Source of the DNA: a virus
Taxonomy: Duplodnaviria > Heunggongvirae > Uroviricota > Caudoviricetes
IMG/VR virus record: IMGVR_UViG_3300013102_000003
Coordinates: 70,644-134,643 of that record
DNA length: 64,000 nt
Direction: 5' to 3' (one strand)
Shown here: positions 1 to 9,514 of the stretch, piece after piece
How the letters are laid out: each line of letters begins with the position of its first letter
Position numbering within the stretch: the first letter of the stretch is position 1
Translations under genes and position numbers: made by a program
Notes under the pieces: model-generated
What the model was told of the DNA's origin: nothing
Database searches by the model: none
What the model saw: the letters and a program-made list of their open reading frames with translations, nothing else

Positions 1-1
1 C

Positions 2-328
2 GCCGTCAGTCTGCGCGTCCCGCTGCTGAAGAACCGGGCCGGTGTTGACATCTACGACGCACGGATACACACCGGGATCAAGCTGCTCAAGGCAGTAGGA
101 AACGACGAGGTGCTGACCGCCCTGAAGGGGTTCCCTGTCGGGGCCATCCTCTCGTACTACGAAAGCGGCGAGCCGAGTCCATACCGGCTCCGCGTGGCCG
201 TGAAGCGCTCCGACTCCCATTGGGGTCAGCTTGTCGGGACAGCGGGGCAGATGATCCGTACGGCGACACTCCGGGAGTCCCTGAAGGAAGCTGGAGACAG
301 CTACACCATTCTGGACGGCGGTGAGTAG
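2..328 (+). CDS. hypothetical protein, 5'-partial
   Basis: frame open from the window edge to TAG 326-328. Confidence 0.75.
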   Translation, partial: AVSLRVPLLKNRAGVDIYDARIHTGIKLLKAVGNDEVLTALKGFPVGAILSYYESGEPSPYRLRVAVKRSDSHWGQLVGTAGQMIRTATLRESLKEAGDSYTILDGGE

Positions 329-546
329 TGTCAGCACTCTCTGACGCTCTGCGCGAGAAGTTCAGCCCCACGGATCACACGTACCAGCATTACCGCGTCG
401 TGTTGATCCACAGCGGTGTTGAGTACCGGTCGCGGGTGCGGAACTTTCAGGAGCTTCTTGCCGCGCTTGAGGAAGAACCTCCCGGCATCCACTCCATCGA
501 GCACAAGCACATCTTGGACAACAACGACAAGTGGGCAGTACTCTAA
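328..546 (+). CDS. hypothetical protein
   Basis: GTG overlaps upstream TAG. Confidence 0.75.
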   Translation: MSALSDALREKFSPTDHTYQHYRVVLIHSGVEYRSRVRNFQELLAALEEEPPGIHSIEHKHILDNNDKWAVL

Positions 547-552
547 ATAGCT

Positions 553-592
553 AAGGGAGTCACTTGACAGTGGCTCCCTTTTGCTATAGTCT
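553..592 (+). promoter_or_regulatory. SigA-like promoter with -35 in hairpin loop
   Basis: AAGGGAGTCAC-TTGACA-GTGGCTCCCTT, 17 nt spacer, TAGTCT. Confidence 0.75.
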
Positions 593-621
593 AGATATAT
601 CAACCAACAAAGGAGGAAGTC

Positions 622-828
622 ATGGCAATGGAAGCAACCAAGCGGCTCCTGAAGTCGTACCAGAACGCGGCCATCAATCTGCGCAAAGTCGCGGACGAGA
701 TGGAACTACGGGAGATGCCCAAAGAGGGTGTCGTCATGTCCCGAACCAAGGCACTCATCTATGAGACGATTGCCAACGAACTAGCACTTGCACTGGTCGA
801 AGACCACGTGATCCCGGAAGGAACCTGA
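622..828 (+). CDS. hypothetical protein
   Basis: AAGGAGG SD. Confidence 0.8.
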   Translation: MAMEATKRLLKSYQNAAINLRKVADEMELREMPKEGVVMSRTKALIYETIANELALALVEDHVIPEGT

Positions 829-829
829 T

Positions 830-1288
830 TTGGAAATTGTCGCACTACTAACCATCGTCGGACTCCCGACTGCTGTCTGGTTCTTTATGGCCCCTGACCA
901 CTTCAAGAGAAGCTTCGGACTGAAGCCCCGCGAATCGCCCGTGGAGGCTGAAACCATCTCAGCCGAAGTGGTCAGGGTCCACGAGCATGCCCGCTCCGTA
1001 CCCGAGCCTGAGGACATCGGGCAGATCAATGAACCACTGGTACCGCCTCCACCTCCGGCACCGCCCAAGCACGCCATCATCCGGCACCAATACCACACGG
1101 CGTACGACGGGAGCCTGTGGCCTGAATGGGTTTGCAAGTGTGGAGGGTCAGGCTATACACCGACAGGTGTCTACACTTCCCTTGATTCGGCCCAGACTAA
1201 GTCCCGAAAAGAAGGACAGGCACATGTCTACAACGGCAACAAGGCCGAAGAGATGAAGGCCAAGACCAACGGGGCATTTGCATGGTAA
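830..1288 (+). CDS. membrane-anchored Pro-rich protein
   Basis: N-terminal hydrophobic helix, PPPPPAPP, CxC. Confidence 0.7.
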   Translation: MEIVALLTIVGLPTAVWFFMAPDHFKRSFGLKPRESPVEAETISAEVVRVHEHARSVPEPEDIGQINEPLVPPPPPAPPKHAIIRHQYHTAYDGSLWPEWVCKCGGSGYTPTGVYTSLDSAQTKSRKEGQAHVYNGNKAEEMKAKTNGAFAW

Positions 1289-1337
1289 CCCTGCATCTGC
1301 TACACTGAATTCAAACATCAACCAACTGAAAGAAGAC

Positions 1338-1769
1338 ATGAACCCCACACGCACCAGCTACACTATCAGTGACAACCGCTGCACCAAGGAACCGGACTTC
1401 GGCTTCGAGGACATCCAGAAGGGCGACACGGTCAAGATCACCAAGACCCACAAGGATGGCACTGCCGTCACAGTGACCGGAGTCGCAGACAACAAGATGA
1501 GTTCCGGGGTTCGGATGGTCGTCTGGAAATCCGCATTGGGGAACACCCTCGCGGCCAACACGACGATTGCCGGATGGACCTACACCTACGAGCTTGTGGA
1601 GCGCCCCGAACCCAAGGACCACGTAGTGGTGCGTTTCAATGACGGTGAGATCGGCACCGTCCAGACGGCACCGCGCCCCAAGCAGCGGGCCATTGAAATC
1701 AAGGACCGCTGGAACACCGAGTACGGCCACGAATACCGCGTCATGAAACTGGTTGATGTCCATGAGTAA
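1338..1769 (+). CDS. hypothetical beta-barrel family protein
   Basis: GAAAGAAG SD; IQKGDTVKI...YELVERP motif. Confidence 0.75.
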   Translation: MNPTRTSYTISDNRCTKEPDFGFEDIQKGDTVKITKTHKDGTAVTVTGVADNKMSSGVRMVVWKSALGNTLAANTTIAGWTYTYELVERPEPKDHVVVRFNDGEIGTVQTAPRPKQRAIEIKDRWNTEYGHEYRVMKLVDVHE

Positions 1770-2040
1770 GCTCCAGAAGGGCGGATTCGTCGTCGGGTAC
1801 CTGCTGGGTGCACTGGCCGTGCTGGCGCTCGCAGCAGGTACCCTGACCTTCCTCATGTTCGTGCTGGCGTTCCCGCTGCCGCATGCACTGCTGACTGTAG
1901 CCCTGATCTTCGGCCTGATCCTGTGGCTGCTGACCCGCCCCGAGGACGCCCCCGACCTCGAAATGAACACTTCCGTATGGAACGACGAGGACGTTGACGA
2001 CGACCTCTCCACCACTGAACCTGCTAAGGAAAAACTATGA
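1762..2040 (+). CDS. membrane protein
   Basis: two hydrophobic segments, acidic tail. Confidence 0.75.
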   Translation: MSKLQKGGFVVGYLLGALAVLALAAGTLTFLMFVLAFPLPHALLTVALIFGLILWLLTRPEDAPDLEMNTSVWNDEDVDDDLSTTEPAKEKL

Positions 2041-2315
2041 ACCGCACGCATACCCGAACCGCCTTCCCGACCCGAACCACCGCTCCGGACTCCGCAGGTC
2101 GGCACTTCAAAGCCGCCAAGAACAGCATGACAGCCATTGCCTTGGCGTATCTTGTGGTGATGCTGACCCTCACCGGCCTGTCCATCTGGCTGGCGCTTAC
2201 CTTCTCTCCGTGGTTCTTCATTGGTACCGCATTTGCAGGCGGGTACATCCTTGTGCTGACTGTCGCCGTGATCGGACAGCGTGTCATCATGAACTCTGTC
2301 GGCAAGGACTGGTAG
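2037..2315 (+). CDS. membrane protein
   Basis: ATGA overlap; two TM segments. Confidence 0.75.
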   Translation: MNRTHTRTAFPTRTTAPDSAGRHFKAAKNSMTAIALAYLVVMLTLTGLSIWLALTFSPWFFIGTAFAGGYILVLTVAVIGQRVIMNSVGKDW

Positions 2316-2527
2316 TGCGGGACTGGGGCGAGACCATCCTGTTTCTCGGTGCGCTTCTGGTTGTCGGGACCGTAGTGGTGTGTATTTCGCTTGCGTCAGT
2401 GGCTTTCCTGATCGCCACCTTCACGGGGTACCCTGCTTCCGTACTGGGGTTCCTACCCCTGCTGGGCCTCTCACTCATGGGATGGAATGGTGTCATAGCG
2501 CTCTACCAGAACATGATGAACGCGTAG
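2315..2527 (+). CDS. membrane protein
   Basis: GTG overlapping TAG; two TM segments. Confidence 0.7.
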   Translation: MRDWGETILFLGALLVVGTVVVCISLASVAFLIATFTGYPASVLGFLPLLGLSLMGWNGVIALYQNMMNA

Positions 2528-2621
2528 GCTTGAGGTCGGGGAAACCCGGCCTCTTTGCTTTTACCCGGAGAGTGTGTTAGGCTCTTCTCATACCGACCAA
2601 AGACTATCTAAGGAGCAAGAA

Positions 2622-3164
2622 ATGGCAGAGACCCAAGCATACAAGGCCGCACAGATCATCGAGGAACGGCGTCTCGGGAAGAACGCGACCGGCATACCCA
2701 CCATCTCGGACCGGATCTGCGCGGACGAGATCGATGACATGTACGAGGCAGAGTTCCGCCGCCGTCTGGCTGTTGTCGTGGATGACGCACGGCGCGAGGC
2801 TGAGGCCCGTGTGCAGGAGGCCAAGGTGGAGGTTCTGGAGTCAGCGTCGAAAGCCTTTAGCCGGGAGTGCCTTGGGTTTCAGGCTGGTTGGGGGTCCAAC
2901 GAGATCGACCTAGCCAAGCTTGACGTGCTGGGCAAGACCCAGACGTGGCTGGAGGAACGTGCCTTCAAGTATCGTGACCCTCTTCCGCGTTACATCAATC
3001 TGAAGGACACCTACCGGACCCTCAGTGACGGGGCTGAGATCAAGTACCGTGGAGAAGTCTTCACACACCGCATCGGATTCGGGGACTTCGTCAGCATCAA
3101 GGGGGACAACATCACGGCACGTCTCCACGATGAAGATGTCACCTTGATCAACCACAACCTCTGA
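2622..3164 (+). CDS. hypothetical protein
   Basis: AAGGAG SD. Confidence 0.8.
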   Translation: MAETQAYKAAQIIEERRLGKNATGIPTISDRICADEIDDMYEAEFRRRLAVVVDDARREAEARVQEAKVEVLESASKAFSRECLGFQAGWGSNEIDLAKLDVLGKTQTWLEERAFKYRDPLPRYINLKDTYRTLSDGAEIKYRGEVFTHRIGFGDFVSIKGDNITARLHDEDVTLINHNL

Positions 3165-3200
3165 TTTGACTTCTCACTAGAAAGGCTGTACCTTAGAAGC

Positions 3201-3500
3201 ATGGAAGAAAACGTAAACCACCGCAACAAACTTGAAGAGATCGCTGACCGGAGCGCGGCTGACTACCAGACCAGCAAGGACACCGGAGTTCCGCTGGACC
3301 AGACCCAACGTGACCGTCAGGATCTGTGGGTAGTTGTCTCCGCTGCCTACGCCATGGTTGATGAGTTCAGGACATTCGCCCGGAACATCCGGCACAACAA
3401 CTACGACCACCGGCCAGACTGGGAAGAGCGGGCCAAGACGTACGAACGGTCCGCAGCAGAACTGGTCGGCAAGCTGGAAGACGCGGTGGCCAAGCTTTGA
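3201..3500 (+). CDS. hypothetical protein (leaderless)
   Basis: TTGACT-17-TACCTT, ATG 6 nt after -10. Confidence 0.8.
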   Translation: MEENVNHRNKLEEIADRSAADYQTSKDTGVPLDQTQRDRQDLWVVVSAAYAMVDEFRTFARNIRHNNYDHRPDWEERAKTYERSAAELVGKLEDAVAKL

Positions 3501-3793
3501 GCACAGCAGTTGACATTGATTTTGACATCGACCTCTCCCTTCTGGTGGGGCCATTGGAGGATCAGGGGTGTGAGCACTCCGAGCACGGAAACCACCGAGC
3601 ACATGGGGAAGGCCCTGCCACCCACTACATCAGGACAATCCATCCCTGCAAGAGTACGAGAGTCTACGCTGCCTGTAAACTATTCGTCTGGTATGTCAAG
3701 GCCGATCTCATAAAGATCCGGTGTGTCGAATGCCGCACCCTAGGACTCGCTTCCGAGTTCCTTGAAGTTGTAGGGGAGATAGGATCGCTTTGA
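3497..3793 (+). CDS. Cys/His-rich putative zinc-binding protein
   Basis: CEHxxH, CxxC; paralog of next gene. Confidence 0.75.
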   Translation: MSTAVDIDFDIDLSLLVGPLEDQGCEHSEHGNHRAHGEGPATHYIRTIHPCKSTRVYAACKLFVWYVKADLIKIRCVECRTLGLASEFLEVVGEIGSL

Positions 3794-4083
3794 CAGTTAC
3801 AGAAATTGACTTCGACATCGACCTGAGTGTACTGGTCGGGCCGATGGATGAGATTGGCTGTGAACACTCACGGCACCACACCGGCAAGCGCCACGACAGC
3901 GGACCGGCCACCCACTACATCCACGTGTGGCACGAGGACTGTGGGCACGACATGGTGTATGCTGCCTGTGCAACTTGGGTCCGGACCGTCCAGACCTATC
4001 ACGGAAATCTTCGATGTGTTACATGCAGGGAGCCGGTCGATTGTCAGGAAAATCTTCGGGTGCTGGGGCCGGTGAACGGATGA
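3790..4083 (+). CDS. Cys/His-rich putative zinc-binding protein
   Basis: CEHxxH, CxxC; paralog of previous gene. Confidence 0.75.
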   Translation: MTVTEIDFDIDLSVLVGPMDEIGCEHSRHHTGKRHDSGPATHYIHVWHEDCGHDMVYAACATWVRTVQTYHGNLRCVTCREPVDCQENLRVLGPVNG

Positions 4084-4373
4084 CTGACAAGTACATTCTC
4101 GTGAAGGTACGTGACGCGGAGACGCCGGTGACTCCGGGGTCCTACACCACCAAGCTTGGGAAGATGCGCAAAGCCATCCACCTGACATCCGACATCCACG
4201 ACATCTCCGTGGCGGATATGGTGACACATTCGCTGTCCATGACAGCCGAAGAAACCGAACAGGTTGCAAACATCTTTGACACCGCCATGGAGCGGGCCAA
4301 GAGAGACCACAAAAAACGACTAGAAGCAGAATGGGAAGAGTACTATGCAAATCATCCAGATGGCCGGAGGTAA
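4080..4373 (+). CDS. hypothetical protein
   Basis: ATGA overlap. Confidence 0.7.
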   Translation: MTDKYILVKVRDAETPVTPGSYTTKLGKMRKAIHLTSDIHDISVADMVTHSLSMTAEETEQVANIFDTAMERAKRDHKKRLEAEWEEYYANHPDGRR

Positions 4374-4376
4374 CTG

Positions 4377-4532
4377 ATGTCTAGAAGTCTGACGATCCTT
4401 CTGCTGCTGTTCCTTGCCATTGCCAACGTGGCGTGCGCCGTTCTGCTGATCTTCGGTGGAGCGTGGCCTATCGCCTTGCTGAACACCGCTGGGGCCTTGT
4501 TCGCCCTCCACACCCTGAGTAACCTAGAGTGA
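4377..4532 (+). CDS. small membrane protein
   Basis: GGAGG SD, 51 aa hydrophobic; below ORF-track cutoff. Confidence 0.65.
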   Translation: MSRSLTILLLLFLAIANVACAVLLIFGGAWPIALLNTAGALFALHTLSNLE

Positions 4533-4720
4533 CAGGGAAGACCGTAAGTAAAGAGCACGAGCTAGACGCCCTGCCCAAGGGAACGCGTTTGCGTTTCACC
4601 ACGTCAGGTGTTACACTTGAAAAAACGCTGGCCGATTTGTGGCTGGTGGAGAACGTGAAAGGCTGTTGGGGTTCGGACGAGATCTGCGCCAACGGCAATC
4701 CCATGGAAATCATAGAGTAA
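4529..4720 (+). CDS. hypothetical protein
   Basis: GTGA overlap. Confidence 0.65.
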   Translation: MTGKTVSKEHELDALPKGTRLRFTTSGVTLEKTLADLWLVENVKGCWGSDEICANGNPMEIIE

Positions 4721-4728
4721 AGGAACAA

Positions 4729-4926
4729 ATGGACTACGAACCAACACTGGCTGAGGCGGCAGAAGCCGTACGACAGGCCAACGCTGACGTGCTTGAGGCA
4801 CAGTCGGCCACGACCAAGGCCCAGAAGGAAAAGCGGGAACGCGAGACTGAACTCGTGATCGCCAAGTCTTCGCTGGAACGCGCCGAGCGCGTACTCATCA
4901 ACACGGCCCTGAAGTCGGAGGCCTGA
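4729..4926 (+). CDS. coiled-coil hypothetical protein
   Basis: AAGGAA SD. Confidence 0.7.
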   Translation: MDYEPTLAEAAEAVRQANADVLEAQSATTKAQKEKRERETELVIAKSSLERAERVLINTALKSEA

Positions 4927-4927
4927 G

Positions 4928-5374
4928 ATGAACGTTGACAAGAACAAGTGGGAACGGATCGCTTTTGAGACCATCGAGAGTCAGGACACGCTTCTCGTGG
5001 TCCGGCACTCCAGCATCGATTACATCACTCCGGGAACGCTGGAAGGTGTCGTCGGCACGGCACGGAGTGGTTCATGGATCATTGCCGGATGGCCTGTCGA
5101 ACCGACCACCATCCACGACCTGATCATCTACCGGAAGCGGCCCGATTTCGTGATGCCCACCACACTAGGGTCAGTCATCACGGCTGAAGACCGCAGCGGC
5201 ACCGAGTACACGTTCGTGTTCGCTGACCCGAACCCTAAGACGGATCTCCCGTGGTACGGGTCGGACGAAGAGTGGTACGGCGCTGGAGAACTCCTTGACG
5301 CCTACGTTGGCCACATGGTAGTGTCGGAGGGCGTGAAGCTGCCCGAAATCGAGATCCAGACGGGGAAGCAGTAA
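4928..5374 (+). CDS. hypothetical protein
   Basis: tightly packed ORF. Confidence 0.8.
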   Translation: MNVDKNKWERIAFETIESQDTLLVVRHSSIDYITPGTLEGVVGTARSGSWIIAGWPVEPTTIHDLIIYRKRPDFVMPTTLGSVITAEDRSGTEYTFVFADPNPKTDLPWYGSDEEWYGAGELLDAYVGHMVVSEGVKLPEIEIQTGKQ

Positions 5375-5766
5375 TGATCGAACTTGAGAGGGATGAGTTC
5401 TACATCCTGCCGATGTTCGCCCACGAAGGTCCGGTGTCGCTGGACGCCATTGCCACGGAGTTCTACGGCCAGAAGTACAAGGGACAGCAGACCGGAGAAA
5501 TGATCAGCAATGACACGTATCAGGTCTACGACTTCTCCGGAGAACAGCTTGACTGGTACGCCGATGAGTACTTTGACGAGCAACTGGAGCGCTGGCAGGG
5601 CCTCAAGATCGGTGACCCCAACCCGTCCTACCACTACCCTGACGGTGTGATCAAGTACGATTTTGAGATCGAGCGCGAGGCACCCACGCCGCCCAACGTC
5701 TTGGCTGACCTGATCAACAAGGGGCACCTCCCGAGGGGCAAGTATCTGGTGGAGGTCTCATGGTAG
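5374..5766 (+). CDS. hypothetical protein
   Basis: TAATG overlap. Confidence 0.8.
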   Translation: MIELERDEFYILPMFAHEGPVSLDAIATEFYGQKYKGQQTGEMISNDTYQVYDFSGEQLDWYADEYFDEQLERWQGLKIGDPNPSYHYPDGVIKYDFEIEREAPTPPNVLADLINKGHLPRGKYLVEVSW

Positions 5767-5972
5767 AGCAGGACCCCGGAGTGGGCGGTGACAAGCTGTC
5801 CAAGTCCGACAGCGGGGCAGCACTGGAGGCCCGCAACAAGTCCTACAACAAGGTACTGGACGCGGAGATCAACTACATCACCGCTATTCTGACCGGTGAA
5901 GGTGATCAGGACGAGCTATACGAGCGCTGGTTGAAGAAATCAGAATGGCACGACAAGGAATTTGGCTGGTAG
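5760..5972 (+). CDS. hypothetical protein
   Basis: GGAGG SD. Confidence 0.7.
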   Translation: MVEQDPGVGGDKLSKSDSGAALEARNKSYNKVLDAEINYITAILTGEGDQDELYERWLKKSEWHDKEFGW

Positions 5973-5990
5973 CCAAACGAAAGGAAACTA

Positions 5991-6143
5991 ATGGGTTGGA
6001 AATATGAGACAGAGGTCTTCATGTACGAGGAAGACGGCTGGAGGACAGAGTATCAAGGGCAGTCACTGATAGCGGCAGTCCGAAGCATCCTGAGTCTCCG
6101 GAAGGAGCATCCGGGCAGAGCGTACCGGATCGTCATCCGATAG
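5991..6143 (+). CDS. hypothetical protein
   Basis: GAAAGGA SD, 50 aa. Confidence 0.65.
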   Translation: MGWKYETEVFMYEEDGWRTEYQGQSLIAAVRSILSLRKEHPGRAYRIVIR

Positions 6144-6155
6144 CAGAACGATTAA

Positions 6156-6196
6156 GAGAGGCCCTACTTGTGTGGGGCCTTTCTTCGTGTTAGTCT
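6156..6196 (+). terminator. hairpin terminator overlapping a promoter
   Basis: GAGAGGCCCTAC-TTGT-GTGGGGCCTTTC+TT; TTGTGT-17-TAGTCT. Confidence 0.65.
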
Positions 6197-6202
6197 ATAG
6201 TC

Positions 6203-6421
6203 ATGAGCACACGAGAGAAGTACGAAGGAATCGAGATGGCCGACATCATGTGGAACATGGCGGAAAACTCACTCGACCCAACCAAGCCGGATGTGATCTT
6301 CGGCAAGGTCTACTGGGAGGACTGCCTTGAGTTCGCGGACAAGCTGCACCGGATGGGCTACCGCCGTGTGGCCGAGCCGGAAACCACCGTCGTCATCAAA
6401 GGCGAGGTACTAGACAGCTAG
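6203..6421 (+). CDS. hypothetical protein (leaderless)
   Basis: ATG 6 nt after -10. Confidence 0.75.
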   Translation: MSTREKYEGIEMADIMWNMAENSLDPTKPDVIFGKVYWEDCLEFADKLHRMGYRRVAEPETTVVIKGEVLDS

Positions 6422-6482
6422 CGTAGGCTATGCTAGTCTATCTTCATCAGGTACTACCAACACCACACAGAAGGAGAAGATC

Positions 6483-6752
6483 ATGGCACAGAACGACAGC
6501 ACAGAAAACTGGGCAGAAGAACTCGGACGGAAAGTCTGGCTCTCGCTCGCGGCAGGACGGGTGTTCCGCACCCACACCTCGGGGACCATCAAGCGCATCA
6601 CCAAGACGATGATCATCGTGGAGGGCGCGAACGGGCAGACCTACCGGTTCTCCCGCAACAGGGTCGCTGCTGACCCGATCCGTGACTCGACCGGCAGGGG
6701 CGGCTACGGCAAGCACTACATGCACAAGAACGACTACATGGGGCGGGGCTGA
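6483..6752 (+). CDS. hypothetical protein
   Basis: AAGGAG SD. Confidence 0.75.
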   Translation: MAQNDSTENWAEELGRKVWLSLAAGRVFRTHTSGTIKRITKTMIIVEGANGQTYRFSRNRVAADPIRDSTGRGGYGKHYMHKNDYMGRG

Positions 6753-6754
6753 CC

Positions 6755-7027
6755 GTGGAGTTCTTCAAAGGCAGCAGGAGCGTCACCCAGACCTACACCG
6801 TCGTGGACGGGCCGGTGGTGGACATGGACCCCAACCGGCTCTCCAAGGGCCGGTTCAGGGTGGAGATGGTGACCGTCTCGTGGATCGACGGGAACGTCAC
6901 CCGCGTGTTCGTACGCGGACAAGCTGTCCTCAAGGACGGAAGCGACGGCAAGTACAAGCACGACCGGAGCTACTACGGGTCTGACATCCCCGACTGGCTG
7001 GACGGGATATTGGACATCAGCCTCTGA
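6755..7027 (+). CDS. hypothetical protein
   Basis: packed ORF. Confidence 0.75.
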   Translation: MEFFKGSRSVTQTYTVVDGPVVDMDPNRLSKGRFRVEMVTVSWIDGNVTRVFVRGQAVLKDGSDGKYKHDRSYYGSDIPDWLDGILDISL

Positions 7028-7076
7028 CCATGGTAGTGTATAGCTATCAAGTCAACGACACGAGAAGGAGTAAGAA

Positions 7077-7523
7077 ATGGATATCGCAGTTGGAGATACG
7101 GTCACCCTCACCTCAAAGGTGCCGGAGAGCGAGGTCTACCCGTGGGTGAAGGCGGGAACCACGGGTGTCATTGAAACCGTCCACACTCCACACCACTACC
7201 CGTACCGGGTGAGGTTCGACGGTGAGTTCGTCGTGGACCCTACCGGATGCCCGACCATCGTGAAGGACCCGGTACTGCTCTTCGAGCGGGACGAGATCGA
7301 ACTGGAGGCAGTAGAGCCGGAGGCGAGCTACTTCTACTCCACCAGCACGCCGCACCAGTGGTCCTCCGGCCCGAGATTCCACCAGTACGACCCGGAGGCG
7401 GGCGGGAAGATCGCCAGCCTTGAGCGGGCCAAGGAGCTTGCCGAGAAGGCACGGGTCGGTACGTGGGGCGAAGAGCGCTTGGTCCGGACCACTTACGGCG
7501 TCACCTACGACACGGAGGTCTAG
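7077..7523 (+). CDS. KOW/SH3-like protein
   Basis: AAGGAG SD; VGDTVTL...GTTGVI. Confidence 0.75.
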   Translation: MDIAVGDTVTLTSKVPESEVYPWVKAGTTGVIETVHTPHHYPYRVRFDGEFVVDPTGCPTIVKDPVLLFERDEIELEAVEPEASYFYSTSTPHQWSSGPRFHQYDPEAGGKIASLERAKELAEKARVGTWGEERLVRTTYGVTYDTEV

Positions 7524-7527
7524 GGCC

Positions 7528-7734
7528 ATGGCAAAGAGCAGGCAGGAACAGAGGAACACACCGGGACCGGAGAAGATCAAGGTCCGCGTGGCGCTCACCG
7601 TCGAGGTGGACGTGCACGACTGGACGATGACATACGGGGTCCACCGTGACGACGTACGCGAGGATGTCAAGACCTACATCGAGCACGCCGTGCGCGAGAT
7701 GAACGAGGCGTTCACGGTGGTCAAGGTAGGCTGA
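7528..7734 (+). CDS. hypothetical protein
   Basis: packed ORF. Confidence 0.7.
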   Translation: MAKSRQEQRNTPGPEKIKVRVALTVEVDVHDWTMTYGVHRDDVREDVKTYIEHAVREMNEAFTVVKVG

Positions 7735-7735
7735 C

Positions 7736-7948
7736 ATGCCGACATCAAGCAAGCGCCTCAGGGCACGGGCCAACGCCTACGCCCACGCCTCCGAAGGGCT
7801 GCAACTGGACTGGACCGATGACCCGATGGAGTTTGAAGAAGGTCTCCGGCTTGCGGAAAAGCTGGAAGACGACTATGCTAGACTCATTGGTCTGGCCGAA
7901 CGAATAGAGAAAAGGAAACATGAACAAGAACGTACGCAAGGCAGTTGA
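7736..7948 (+). CDS. hypothetical protein
   Basis: packed ORF. Confidence 0.7.
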   Translation: MPTSSKRLRARANAYAHASEGLQLDWTDDPMEFEEGLRLAEKLEDDYARLIGLAERIEKRKHEQERTQGS

Positions 7949-8273
7949 GTCACTTCGAGAAGAGTTCGGGGGAGACAGCTACATTCCGGACATCATCACC
8001 GTGGACGCGGATACCCTACTGACCCTGCTGGAGTGGGCCGAGATGCAGGTAGCCGACGACTACGCAGACACGTGTGCTCTTGGTGTCGGGGACCGGGTTG
8101 AACTGAAGATCGACTACTTGGGCAAGTCCCACACCCGCGAAGGAGCGCAGGGCAGAGTCTCCCGTCTGCTGCTCAACGGAAGCACCTTCCCGTTCGAGGT
8201 TAGGTTCGACGGACACGAAAGCGAATACCCCGTTAAATTCAAACGGGATGAACTGCGGAAGTTGACAGCCTAA
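7920..8273 (+). CDS. protein with C-terminal KOW/SH3-like domain
   Basis: AAAGGA SD; VGDRVEL...FEVRFDG. Confidence 0.75.
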   Translation: MNKNVRKAVESLREEFGGDSYIPDIITVDADTLLTLLEWAEMQVADDYADTCALGVGDRVELKIDYLGKSHTREGAQGRVSRLLLNGSTFPFEVRFDGHESEYPVKFKRDELRKLTA

Positions 8274-8324
8274 GGGCAGTCCTGTAGAGTATCTAACAAG
8301 CAACCAAACACTTAAGGAGAACAC

Positions 8325-8978
8325 ATGAGCACCACATTCAAGGTCGGAGACATCGTCACACCCAAGGGGATTCATCTTCAGGATGTCCTCGCACAGGTGG
8401 GGCCGTCCGCTGACGGCACCTACACCATCACATCAGTCAGGGAGTCCAATGGGGACACTACCCTCATTGACGTGGAGGCATACGACAAGAAAGCGTGGCG
8501 GACCAGCGGGAGCGTCTACGCTCACCGATTCGAGTTGGCACCCTTCCGGGTTGAGGGCAAGGAGATTGCGCCCAAGGCCATCCAGACCGGAGACGAGATC
8601 CGGGTCACCCGCGTCGGTACCGAAGGTATCACCCACAGCCGACAAGGTGTCGTGAACCGCATCATCGAGACCGAAGACAAGTATGGACACGGTCTGCTGC
8701 TCAAGGTCGGGTACGGTGCCCGCCTCAACTGGGGTCAGGGCCTCGCGGAGACGTTCACGCTGGTCAAGGCAGCGCCCGAGCGTGATCTGGTGCTGGAACG
8801 CCTGAACGAGTCGGGGACCGGACAGATCATCACCTTCGGGGCGTATCTGGCCTGCCGTAACGCCAACACGACGTGGACCCTTCTGAACGGGGTGAAGGCC
8901 ACTGTCGAGTCGGCTTTCCGTCTTCGCGGACTGATCGGTGAGGCTGAGGTCAAGTGGATGAAGCCGGAGGCCAAGTAA
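8325..8978 (+). CDS. tandem beta-barrel domain protein
   Basis: FKVGDIV and IQTGDEIRV motifs. Confidence 0.8.
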   Translation: MSTTFKVGDIVTPKGIHLQDVLAQVGPSADGTYTITSVRESNGDTTLIDVEAYDKKAWRTSGSVYAHRFELAPFRVEGKEIAPKAIQTGDEIRVTRVGTEGITHSRQGVVNRIIETEDKYGHGLLLKVGYGARLNWGQGLAETFTLVKAAPERDLVLERLNESGTGQIITFGAYLACRNANTTWTLLNGVKATVESAFRLRGLIGEAEVKWMKPEAK

Positions 8979-9154
8979 TGGAGCCGGAACTTGAAGCCGA
9001 GGTACGGAAGATCCGTCAAGACCTGAAGCAGCTTGAGCCGCACGAGCCGGATGATCTGGTGGCCGTCAACGCGGGCACTCTGTCCGAGATCCTGAAGCGT
9101 CTGGCACTGCTGGAGGCACGGGAACACATCCGGAAGCTGGGCGACAATGTCTGA
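8978..9154 (+). CDS. hypothetical protein
   Basis: TAATG overlap. Confidence 0.7.
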   Translation: MEPELEAEVRKIRQDLKQLEPHEPDDLVAVNAGTLSEILKRLALLEAREHIRKLGDNV

Positions 9155-9461
9155 CGTGACAGCAGAGTTCCGGCTTGGGTTGATCAAAGATCTACACAAC
9201 GCACGGAGTGAGGCGGACATTGAAGCCGTACCTTCGTGGCGAGACATTGCGTTCCTGCTGAACCTGATCGGGGAGCTTGAGTACGAGTACGCCATCCAGC
9301 GAAAGGTTCTCGGAGGGTCGGAACCGCCGAGCATCGTGGGGGACTGGTGGAGTACCCGTGACGAGGTCAATGAGGGGCTGCTGGACATCACCACGGAATG
9401 GGCAGAGTACACGCTGGTGCGTCGGCGCAAGGCCGGTCCTGTGGAGGTAGTTGACAGCTAA
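9147..9461 (+). CDS. hypothetical protein
   Basis: overlapping ORF. Confidence 0.75.
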   Translation: MSDVTAEFRLGLIKDLHNARSEADIEAVPSWRDIAFLLNLIGELEYEYAIQRKVLGGSEPPSIVGDWWSTRDEVNEGLLDITTEWAEYTLVRRRKAGPVEVVDS

Positions 9462-9493
9462 CCCTGACGGGTGTACTGTAGTCTATGTAAGCA
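9451..9493 (+). promoter_or_regulatory. promoter, TACTGTAGTCTATGTAAGCAA class
   Basis: TTGACA-17-TACTGT; same block at about 9787, 11157, 11847. Confidence 0.7.
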
Positions 9494-9514
9494 ATCAACG
9501 ACGGAAGGAACGCC

